44,747 bases of DNA from Callorhinchus milii (lineage: Eukaryota), in NCBI RefSeq assembly GCF_018977255.1, contig NW_024705435.1, forward strand, positions 1-44,747. The letters run 5' to 3'. The position numbers and the translations under genes were made by a program. Shown piece after piece: positions 11,205-22,100 of this stretch (positions within the stretch are counted from its first letter, which is position 1; each line of letters begins with the position of its first letter). The notes beneath the pieces are model-generated. The model was not told where the DNA came from and searched no databases. It worked only from the letters and a program-made list of their open reading frames with translations.

Positions 11205-11478
11205 ATAAATTGGGTAAACAAGTTTTTCAATGCACACACTTTTACTTGCACTCAAAAGTAGAAAATAACTTATTTTGACCCAGAATGAATGAAATTTGAT
11301 GTGCTTCATAAAAGTGGGTGGCTTGCATAAAGAGAATTAAACATCGAAAGGAAACCACCCACTTTTATTCAGCACATACAATTGTATTAATTCTGGGTAA
11401 AAAGATTTATTTTCTACTTATGAGTGCAAATAAAAGTGTGTGCATTGAAAAACTAGTTTTTTTAACCTAATTAATTTC
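11205..11478. mobile_element. AT-rich palindromic MITE-like element with inverted arms of about 120 bp
   Basis: agtttttcaatgcacacacttttacttgcactca...ataaaagtgggtgg is mirrored by ccacccacttttat...tgagtgcaaataaaagtgtgtgcattgaaaaact. Confidence 0.8.
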
Positions 11479-11700
11479 ATAAATTTTATTCTTAGTATTT
11501 GCTTTCAAATCTTTGAGGATTCATATCTCCCGAAAATCTATCATTAAATATATGAAATAACGAGGTTAAATGTGTAAAGTTTTTTATTGTTAGAAGAAAT
11601 ATTAATGACTGTTCTGTAAATTTGAGATTTCCTTAAACAGATAAGAGTAACCATATCAAACAGTTTAAAATTATTTTGAAAGGATAACTATATTTATATA

Positions 11701-12219
11701 TGTATAGGACTTGAGAAACACACATCACGCGTTGAATTGAGATACGGGCACGCGGTGCACAGTGAGGGCAAACGGGGACACAGGGAGCGGAGCGACATAC
11801 TTTGTTGTTGTACCAATTAAGGTGGCATGGTAATTAAGGGTGGCTGTAGGTGGCCGGGGGTAATCGAGGACGCAGGCCGTTGATTGGACGAGAGGTATGG
11901 GTGTCGGGAATTGGCGCCCCCGGTATCTACAACAACACCACGTGAGGCTGGGGGCTAGGGGCGAGTAGCGAAGTGGGGGATGGTCCAATTAATTAAGGGG
12001 AATTGGTTCAGGTGTTTGTACACCAGGGGTGTCAGGGGAAGGATTCCCACCAATAGATGGGTTAGTGGGAGGGGTGATCGAAGAGATATAAGGAGAGAAC
12101 GGGCGGGAAGAAGGGGCCTTTGGCGGGAACGAGATTGGGACGGCTGGGGACAGGTGTGGATGGAAGGAAAGGAATAAAGGACGAGACCCCTGCAATCTGG
12201 TGTCGGCTCCTACTTTACA
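11701..12219 (+). repeat. 5' LTR of a Gypsy element
   Basis: TGTA...TACA termini (left boundary inferred), AATAAA near 12173, PBS immediately downstream. Confidence 0.7.
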
Positions 12220-12221
12220 TC

Positions 12222-12239
12222 TGGTGGCAGCGGTGGGAT
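12222..12239 (+). promoter_or_regulatory. Primer-binding site complementary to tRNA-Leu 3' end
   Basis: TGGTGGCAGCGGTGGGAT is the exact 18-nt complement of ...AUCCCACCGCUGCCACCA (tRNA-Leu AAG/UAG type), starting 2 nt after the LTR end. Confidence 0.88.
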
Positions 12240-12242
12240 CTC

Positions 12243-13672
12243 ATGGCTACAAAGAAAAATCCCCGCGGGAAAGAGCCAAGGGAGGAGGAAGCAGGGGCCG
12301 GGGATCCTTCCCATCCCGGGCAACAAGGGGGCCTGCTATCAGAAGCAGCAGCAGGGGGCCCGGATCGCCTGGAGGACCCCATGGAGGACCGCATGGCCCG
12401 CGTGGAGAGGGCACTCCAGGAGCTCCTACAGAGGCTCCCTATGGGGGCCCGCCAGCACCGGGACCCCCACCCCCACGCGTACTACGGGAGGAGAGGCCAC
12501 GGGACCCGGAGGCCGACCAGCCGGCCGGGCAACCAACCTCGTCACGCCAGCCGCCGCCGGTCCCGCCAAAACCCCCAGGGCTAACCACCCAACACGGAGA
12601 GCAGGTGGCCGGACGGCCGCGTCGGCTGGGGCCCGTCGACAAGTTCGTGGCTGAGGAAGAAGACTGGGAGGAGTTTGTCCGCCGATTCGAGGCTGCCTTC
12701 CACGCTCTCGAGTGGACAGACGAAGAGGCACTACGAGCGCTGCCATCCGTTCTGGGCAAGGAAGCACTCGCCTCTTACACCTCCCTTCCCTCGCACAGCA
12801 AGACCACGCTACAGGCGGCCTACGAGGCTTTGGGGGAGATCTATTGCCCGGCGGAAGGAGCCTTTAAACGGTTCCAGGATCGCCAGCGAGGGGCTAAAGA
12901 ATCCCCTTTAGCCTACAGGGGTGCACTGCTCGTGTTGGCGAGGAGAGCTTTCCCTCGCCTGGCTGAAGAAGCGCTCGAGGACCTCGTGGTCGAGCACCTC
13001 ATCGCCTACGCTTGCCGCGCCGGCGTTGTAATGCCCGTGGTGACGCCGGGGGAACGCACCTCGCTGTGGGCTGCCCGGACCATCCAAGCCCACGAGCAGG
13101 TCATGGGCCGGGCGCCACCCGTGGGCCCGGTGGCTGGCGCGGCGGGGGGGAACAGCCGAGCCGTTGCCGCGGCGCTACTGGGTCCAGCGACACCAACCGC
13201 CGAACCTGCACCGTCGCCACAGGCTGCCTGTGGAGCAGCTGGGGACGGACCCCCGACGTCTGAGACGGAGCCATCGCTGCGGGAGGTGTACGCGGCGATC
13301 CGGGGACTGGCGGAGCAGAGGGACCAGGGGCGCGACCAACCGCCGCGTCGCTGGCAGCCGCCTCTACAACATCGCGCCGAGCCCCCCGACGGAACGCCCC
13401 GTGGGTCTGCCACCGTTGTGGTCGAGAGGGGCATGTGGCGAGGGGGTGCCGCACAGAGCCGGAGGCCGCCAACGTCACCTGGAACCCGCCGGGGCCGAAC
13501 GCCGACAGGATCCAGGCGAGTGACGCCGTCCCGCCCGGCCTCTCGGTCGGGCCGAGCAATTATAATTCCGACGCCGCGAACTTACCGGGAGTCTCCTCGG
13601 GGTGGGCGCCGTCGGTGTCGTTCCCCGGTCCCCATTGTCCGGGTCGGGGGAAGGGGATCGCGCCGGGGATAG
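12243..13672 (+). pseudogene. Gypsy gag, frameshifted and 3'-truncated (no pol)
   Basis: ATG at 12243 (MATKKNPRG...). Capsid-like 'DWEEFVRRFEAAFHALEWTDEEAL...ESPLAYRGALLVLARRAFP' is in a second frame. CCHC knuckle CHRCGREGHVARGC at 13408-13449 is in a third frame. Homologous to the gag at 150-720. Confidence 0.9.
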
Positions 13673-14040
13673 CGCCGGGATTGCGTCGCGACCAGAAGTG
13701 GCGTCGCGACCCGGAGTGGCGTCGCGAACGGACGTGACGTTGCATCCGGAGTGACGTCGCGGCCAGGAGTGGTGTCGCGGATCGCGCCGGGAATTGCGCC
13801 GGGGCCGTGGACCACGTCGGGGATCGCGCCGAGGCCGGAGACCGCGTCGGGAGTCGCGCCGGGCCGGAGACCGCGTCGGGAGTCGCGCCGAGGCCGGGAG
13901 GGACGTCGCGGGCGGACGTGACGTCGCGGGCGGAGGTGACGTCGCGGGGGAGGTGACGTCGCGGCGGGCGTGGTTCCGGCGGGCGTGACGTCGCGGGCGG
14001 GCGTGACGTCGCGGGCGGGCGTGACGTCGCGGGCGGAGCG
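13670..14040. repeat. CpG-dense degenerate tandem array with roughly 18-bp units (gtgacgtcgcgggcgggc-like)
   Basis: Repeated cgtcgcg/gacgtc cores spaced about 18 bp (also about 30 bp) apart. Confidence 0.85.
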
Positions 14041-15047
14041 TCCCTAAACATTCCCATACATTAGGCATGCCAGCACGTGCTACATCATCCAGCTGTGTGC
14101 CCAGCTCGTCACGAACGTGAAATATGCGTCCGATCTGCTCTACGATTCCGTCACAGTAAACAAGGAGACATCTCGTTATGCAGTTCAAAAAGAAAAAAGT
14201 GTAAGGTCTTGTTGCCAGCTTCATAATTTTATCCCGCTGCCCGGCCGTGGCATTCCGTACTTCTCCGCATCCATTTAAATTCACCCGATGTGAAGGCAGG
14301 AATCAAACTAGACGTCTGTGCTTTAGAGTGGGTGTGATTTTAAACAAAGTAGGCCATGGTGTGCAGGCATCATGGTCCAATTTTTTTTTAAACTAAAAGT
14401 ACTTAAATGGAAAATGCATGACAAGCGTTGCTCTTCCGAAGAAAAATTAACAGGACTCCTCAAGAAAGAGCAGAGACTCGCCAAGGCTACAAAAACAAGC
14501 GTAGTAGTAAAGTTCCGAGCCATTTTATCTGTATCAGACGACGTTGAGGAGCCTCTCGCGAACTTGGGTTCGGCATTTCTAAGTTCGCCTTGTTCAAAAT
14601 ATAAAATGTAACCTAAAAATTAGAATAGGATTACCCCCTTTTTTTCTGGCAACAAAACAGGTGTTAAGATGTTAAAACACCAAATTGAAACCTTTTACAA
14701 GGAATCATGTCCGCATTAACCACAATACTTGTGAACAGAATGCAAACAAAAACGGATAATATGCATGGTCTTTGAAATTGATTGGTCCAGAGAAAAGCTG
14801 TCAAAGTACTTAAATGAAAAGCTGCTAGCCGGAGTTCAGAATAGATATTCATTTTGACAACACCAATAAAGCAAAGCTGGCAAAACAAAGATTTGAGAAA
14901 AGGTGACATTTTTTAAATAAAAGTGCATTTGTTGCAAATGTTCTCAATTTAAAAACCCTCCGAATTGGTGCCAATAACGTCACACAAATGTGGGATTACA
15001 ACGACGACAAAAGCACACCCAACGTCCGGCAGAGTCAGTGGCCGCAC

Positions 15048-15231
15048 CTGAAAGTACTGGCGTCGCAGGCAGTTGTGGGGCCTCCCTGCCAAATCCATTC
15101 CAACTTCGAGCCTCAACTCCCGGTGACGGTTTCCAACAGCTGGCACACGAAGAGGCTTCCCCCCCCCTCTTTCTCTGGATCGTCGTCGTGCTCACTTATT
15201 TTGAAAAGAAGCCTCGGAAGTCTTCAGCACC
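15048..15231 (-). CDS. CLHC1: Candidate first coding exon of CLHC1
   Basis: Good acceptor tttccttctgccctag| and donor cag|gtgcgg. It ends in phase 0 with ...RELRLEVGMDLAGRPHNCLRRQYFQ, compatible with the phase-0 exon at 10597. Similarity to CLHC1 is weak and the start codon is unresolved. Confidence 0.45.
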
Positions 15232-18200
15232 CTAGGGCAGAAGGAAACAACATTAGCATCTGTGGGAAAATAAAAGTAAAAACAAGTATAACCCGTAAAA
15301 AAAGGTTCACTATAAATCCTTTATATGCGTGGCGGCTAGAGTCCTCTCGTCCTCTGGCTTGAGATGGCTGCCACCTATGGGTCAGATGACTGCATGCCAC
15401 CATTAAGCAATTGGTAATTAAATATAATATGTTTGTCCTAAAAAGTGTAAAATTTTGGTAAAAAATTCACGAACATTAATTGTCACACACAACGAGTCTG
15501 TGTGCAAAATGTCAGCTCGATTGGATCACGGGAAGTGGGTTAAAAAACGACCAAGATTTGCACGGTCATAAGCAAGTGAACTTAATATTAAGGATTTAAT
15601 AAACAAGCAGACACTGTCTCCGAAGCTTACCATCATGTCGGTTTTTCGCAGTCAATACAAATGGGTCCAGATTCGTTTTTGCGTTCAGCCACGTGGAAGT
15701 TAATGCCAGAATTATTGGCAATACTTTCCAACTCCACGAGCCAAACAGTACTCGACTACACAGGATGCTCTTGCAAATGAAACCATCCTGGCCTCTAGCT
15801 CTCACCGTGGTGAAACTAATAACCTTTGTTAGTGCCATCTACGTAGGACTCTTGACTGCGTCTGGTTTTATGCAAGGGCCTCAAAAACAGATGTCAAGGA
15901 GTTGAACACACGAGGATTATGGTTAGAGGTTGTACGATTAAATCGTTGATCACCAAGACACTATGCCAAGGCATATTATGGGAGCACGTGGACTATAAAC
16001 AGATCGTTGGCACAATATGCGACAATGTTGGCATGTTCACTGGAGAGAGTGGTCGTACTATGGAAGGTGCGCTACAGATGATCATCATTGGCGTGCACCA
16101 CAGACACCTTACAGGAGAAGGATGGAGGGGATGGAGCCAAGGCTTGCAGTTAAAGCAGAGCAGCAACGTACAGCGCATGCGACTTTGCGCGATTCGACAA
16201 ACAAGGGCACTCATTTTCAATTTCACACTGTGCCCAACCCCCTCATCTCACCGCTTCAACGCTACAACAAAAAGTTGGGTCGAAGGGAAGGATACGGGGG
16301 GCGGGAATATTCAAGCGAAAAACCAAGGCTCCCACAACCAACGGATCCTTGTTACAATTCATTTCTTCAATTAGAAGCTGCGAGCATTGATAATTGAACG
16401 AGGGACAAGGTAGAACAAGCGGAAACGCGTCACAATCAAGGCCGACATGGCCGGGGCCACAGCTCGGTGCCCAACATCGAACCACCCTGACGGCAAAACA
16501 GAATATAAATTAACCCAGCCTTAATTAACGGCTCAATTAGTAACAAATGAATAAAAAGGTCAACGGGCAAGCAAAACTTCCCACAATCCCATGCTGCCGT
16601 GCCAGATTTAGATATTGTATTATGCGTTGCCGCTTTGTTAGCCCGCCACACCCCGCGTGTACCCCCCCCCCCCAAACGGGGAGACGGGGGGGGGGGCAGT
16701 TCACTCCCGCGTGTTTTTGGGGTTGCACCGCATGTTCCTGGCCACATCCCAAAGGCGTTGCTACAATGTTCTAGGAGTTTCTTCAAGAACCAAAATTCCA
16801 CCCCCTCCCCCTCACCTCCCCAGGTCAACATCTCTCAACTTAGAAAATGAACCTGCTGTACCTCTAGCAGGCCCCGTGCCGAGGGAGGAAAGCCTGCCCA
16901 GGAGAGACGATGACCGGGAAACGCTGGCACTGGTGTGCACTGCACGTTGCCTTGTGATGTGAATGCAGTTTGGGTTCAATAAAAAACTAAAAAATAAGTT
17001 AAGAATTTCGGCTCATTTTTAAAAACACGTGGCACGGTCAGACCAATTAAATTTGTTCCTTGAGCTCACAGCACGTGGACAAACTGGACAATCTCGTGGA
17101 CAAACAAAACGCACGTGGTACAACTAAAACCCCCAGTACACAGGGGGCCCACGTGAAAGATCCCAAAACCGTCAAGTTAATTTTTGAAAAACTTGGGTCA
17201 CAGGATTAGAGCTCAAGCTGCCAGTGGCCCAAGCTTAAATAAGCACTTTGAAGCATAGTTGGTGGATCACCAAGTAGCCAGAAGGATGAGAGCACAGCAA
17301 GCCGAGGTGTGGGCCAGAGTGTTTTTCACCTCGGGCACCTGGTGGGGGTTTCTCCGTTTCCACCCACGTGAGTCTTGGACAATGCACCACTTGCAAAACT
17401 CATTTTGGTCAAGTCCCGTAGGACCGATTGACAAATACCAATGTGGACAATCTCTTCGTTTGTTTTTTTATAGCTATATTGCATAACAACTCTGGAAACC
17501 ACACAGGTCCAAAAAGTCAACCAAGACCTTCCTGGTTAAATAAACATGGTTGGAGTTTATTTTTTGTTTAAACCACAGTAATTTATATCTGTAGATGTGT
17601 GTATGGTTTCACACTTAACACCAAGTCAACTCTGACATTGCCAACTCGGCCAGATGGAGGAGGACCATCAACTTCGTTTGGAGGTTCCCAACACTCCCCC
17701 AGCCAAACCAACTCGTGCAATCTCACTGGGCCACCTTCTCTTCTGGATGGAGAAATATTTTTTCTCCCCCCGCACGTCGCACAGTTTGTACTCAAGAGTT
17801 AGGACGCCCAGAGCAAAGGAAACCGCGGTCTTTGGCGCCGTTGCTTATTTTTTCTGTCGTTAATCACGCGCGACTGGAATGGGACCAGGAGATGTTAGTT
17901 TCTCAGTTCTCCCTCATCCAGCAACCCCTTTGCCCCTATGTACCCCATTCCAGGCCCTCCACCCTCCATTCCCTCACGTCAATAGATAATTTGTGACGGG
18001 TCCAGCAAAAAACTTAAGCTATTCTTTTTTACAGCCAGAGAGCAAAGACCGACCAAGTGACTTTTCCGAAGGCTGGGCCCTTCTTCCTGTTTAGCATGGT
18101 GCTGCTTGTTGTGCAAGTTGACTAAACGCAGCCCCTTACTACTCTTGGACAGCTGCACGAGCGATCGTTTTAAAGCCACCGGGAGCTCGAGTTGGCGTCG

Positions 18201-18609
18201 GATGTTGACGAGGTGTAACACCACACTATGACTTTGAGTTTACCAAGTTAATAACTGCAAATGGATTACCATGATAAGCTTTTGCCCTTTGATGGATAAG
18301 GGACAATTATAGAAGCATTTGTATAGATTCCTAAGCTACATTCGTCCAATTGAGAAGGGCAAGGGATTATGTTCAACTCGGAGACAAAATCATGGGTGGA
18401 GGGGACCCCCTGCAAGTTACTAGGAAGGTGCTACAATTCAAGCAACGTTGAAAAGGAATATTAACTTGACAGTCCATGGGGAAGTGACCATCAACACCTA
18501 CTAAAACGGCAAATTAGCACTGGTTTCTGCAGTCTTGCTAAAGTTACACAAAATAGTACAGGATATTAATTTTGAAGAACAAATGTGGTCCTAAAACCTG
18601 TTCCTGGCA

Positions 18610-19104
18610 TCCTCTATATAAATACCTTCATCTGTGTATATATATGCGAGTCTCAAAAACCTCTAGGGAACTTCCCAACAAGGTAGGAAGCTGAAATTCG
18701 GTACATCGATAACTTTTAGGAAAAAGAGGAAAAATCTGAAAATCGAAGATTTTTCATTTTCAGCCCCAAAATCGATTTTAAGTACCCATTAAAATGCTGT
18801 GTCATTCAGAAACTGTTCAAAACACAAGATTGCAGTTTTCCCCATTTGATAGAGCATTAAACAGCAAAATATATGAGAACTATCGTTCGAGATGTTTCGG
18901 ATTCAAGTAGTTTTGAACAAAAAAACACATTTCGTTCAAATCATAATAATCTGAAAGCAGTAAATGGAGCTTCCCCCTCCGTATTAAGTTCATTCATTTT
19001 AGTCTAATAAAGATGGAATCTTTAAATAACGGTTTTCCTATGGGTACGTGTTTAAATGAGAAATTTAATCAAGTCGTCAATGATCTTTTGCAGAAATAAA
19101 CTAG
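18610..19104 (+). mobile_element. Possible non-autonomous Helitron-like element
   Basis: A|TC...CTAG|T boundaries, 5' tctatata and 'aagctgaaattcggtaca' motif; no clear 3' hairpin. Confidence 0.35.
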
Positions 19105-19152
19105 TTGTTAGAGTCTGATTGTAGAAAAAAAAAATCTTATTAGGTTAATTAT

Positions 19153-19158
19153 ATTTAT
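19153..19158 (-). promoter_or_regulatory. Candidate polyadenylation signal (AATAAA) of the unidentified minus-strand transcript
   Basis: tttatt on plus strand at the end of a 3'UTR-like unique block (19.1-22.9 kb), followed on the minus strand by a T-rich tract. Confidence 0.35.
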
Positions 19159-22100
19159 TCAAAACGTTTACCTGGTGCAGACAGGCTTCATGAATGAGTA
19201 GGAATATAGGGTACGCCATACAATTATTATGGTTAGGCACACATACAGCAGTAGTTGCTTCCACAGCAAGGCTCCAAGCCAGCCTCGCAGCGTTTCAAAA
19301 CATTGAAAAAAATCAAGCTCCAAATACCCAAATGACATAAAAACCGCACACCATCCAAGATGACCATCTCTGCACACGCTCAAAAAGTGGAGCACAGATT
19401 GCGACAACACCCACAAGGTTTTGCTCAGATCCATCCACACGCGCACACCGCAACGCCCAGCATGCCCTCTACACAACAGCGCGTCCTTTAAGGGAGAAGT
19501 GTGCAACGCGTCAACTTGACAAGCGGAGGCACGCACCTTCGGCGCCCGCCACAAGAGCGCCTCAGGCCACCGCAGTGACCGCGAGAACGAGGGCACGGCG
19601 CGCCGCGCACGCGTGGTCACGGCAACCCCTGCAACGAGCGGGCAACGGCGCTCTCAAATAAAATTGGGCAACGCGCCAATACGCGCGGGCTAAACCAGGA
19701 TTTATTGGTGGCACAACGCAGACCTCTTCCTCCCCCCCTCTTTCGAGCCGACGACTCGTGTTTACCGGGAATCTCGCACCGAAGCACGTGCCAACCGAAC
19801 GCTCCAGCGCCCGTCAAGGCCGACGGGTTGCGAGTGTTCCGGTACGACCAAGACACGCGCATTGATGATGTCGGAGCAGTTTCTGTGATGCCTTCCAGGA
19901 CAGTTCCTCAACCCAAGGGAATGCAATGTTAGTTGCAAGAGCCGAGGATGAAAATTGTTTCTCTTGACGAGATGCCCAACGACGATTTAAATTTGGGAGG
20001 AAAGCTAAAAACACATTTGTTCTGAAACTTAACGAACAAAATTTCAGCACAAAAAGTCCGCAGCTTCCTACACTTAGAGTGGGGGTGGGTGCACCATCGC
20101 TGGGCCACCACCACCACGCACGAGGTCAACTCACCATCGCGCAATTGCGGGCAGCTCTCCACCGCTGCGACACCCCGGCCAAAGGCAAATTAAGCAGTGT
20201 AGAAAAATAAACCCCGAGAAGGTTATTCAATAGAGTGCCTTAAAAAACAAACAGTGACTGACAGGACCACCAAATCGCGTGACATTTACTAATAAACGTT
20301 AAAACAAATTAAAATTGCCAGTTTGTAATACCATCTCCTCCTCTCAAGTTGCAAATCAGACGAACCGCATTCCGCGTCCATTTCTGCGCAGCACTACGGG
20401 ATCAATTGGCTTAAGAACGCGAAAGTGGCTCCAGGAACACGGTGATGGATATTGCCTATAAAATTTCGTGATTTATTTACAATTTATACCACGTCCCTAA
20501 CTTTCCAGCACTGCCCCCCCTTCCACCCAGAAAAAACACAAACCAAGATCTTCCAAATTTACCGTAACCCAAACAACTATTACACCACCCTCTTCGCCCT
20601 GCCAGTGTAGGCCAAATGGGATATATATTATAAAACTATGTCGCTGCTGGGCAGCACTAGCAGGCAGCCATGGGAGGCAGGTTTAACCGGACCACACAGA
20701 TGGACACTTGTGCACCGAGGGAGTGGCTGGGGTGCGAAGAGCTCAGGTGTAGACTTTTTTTCAAAAGCAGTTTAAAACACTCTGCCAAAGTCACCTGCTA
20801 AAAATCAAAGCCAGGAGAATGCGGGACACTCGAGCATCTTAAGGACATGGGGGAATTGAGACACCATGACCACAGCTTTGCTGAATAACAGATTGGCATC
20901 CGCCGAGACAAGTAGCCTTCATGCGAATGAAGTTGCCGTTTACTTGGGAATATACGATTCAACCACCACATTTGGTCCGAATACCAAGCAACACAGAACA
21001 CCCAACACATTAGTCCGTCAAGGATACACTTTTTCTATAATATAAAATAAAGTAAGTATAGGTTAAAAGCACTTTAATTCATATCGTCCAGGCAGGGAGC
21101 CTAACTTTACATCCAGACTGGGAAGGGAATAGGCTTAAATGAGCGATACAATTATGTTCCACGTACAAGAAACTTCACTCACGAAAATGTATTTCCAAAA
21201 CGTAGCATATAGTCACGTGCCATAACACAATGATAGCAGGGACGTCTTGCATTGGAGGGGGGTTTAAAACAAGGATGAATCCTTGTGATGGTTTTAAAGA
21301 AAATGCCTTCAACAAGGCAGACGGCAGCCTGGTTGGTGGTGGACAAGCAACCACGGGGCACAAGCAGTGGCCTTGGTGCCAGGTCAGGGTGCCGGAGGGC
21401 CCAAAGCCTCAAGGGTGACCCCAGCGACTCCCAGCAGTGCCCCCCCCCCCATCCAAGCTCCACAACATTTTTACTCCCCCGCCCCCAACCCAGAGGAGGA
21501 CTGTTTAAACCACGGGCTTCTGGGCGTCAGGATTGCACGAATTCAATTAGGGAATCGTGCAACCCGAAACGAAAAGCTTTGGCTTCCAAAACGAGTACCC
21601 GAATGTATAGGCACCCATTTTATCTTAACCGTTGGGACTTGGAGCAACGGCACATTTTTGGAATTGGACGGTAAAAGCCCCATGGTCCTTTGCGCGCCAC
21701 AGTTAATCCGCGTTCTGCTTGGCATGAGATTGAAAAGCACAACAGCTGTCCGTTTTTACATCTGGGTCACACCGACCCATCAGACGGCGTTTTGACTTTT
21801 GAAGGGAAGGGTGGGGAGGGGAGACGGTAAAAAAGTTGACAGCTATTTTCCCATTTTAGTGCTCCATTCATCGTAAAAGCCTGCCAATGACGCAAAGGAC
21901 ATCTGACAAAAACACGTGTTTCTCGGGTGTTACTATTGCCATGTTTTTGTAAACTAATCTATTTTAAAGAATATTATGGTGCACGCACAGCAGTAATGGT
22001 GCAATGCGTAAACACACACACTATGTAAAGGATCAGGAGGCTGATAAGCTGAAATCTTAATCCCCCTTCTTATTAACCCAAGCACTTGACGCTGCTCCCG

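Noticed and set aside
12200..13672. Intact 490-aa protein or domesticated gag gene
   Set aside because: The ATG-initiated N-terminus and the zinc knuckle lie in other frames, and the ORF sits behind an LTR/PBS, so it is a frameshifted retrotransposon gag.
13475..14284. 269-aa and 165-aa minus-strand ORFs
   Set aside because: Translation of the GC-rich tandem array and antisense gag; low complexity with no domain.
18030..18115. Plus-strand acceptor and possible RPS27A last exon
   Set aside because: Translation does not match the S27a zinc finger or ubiquitin.
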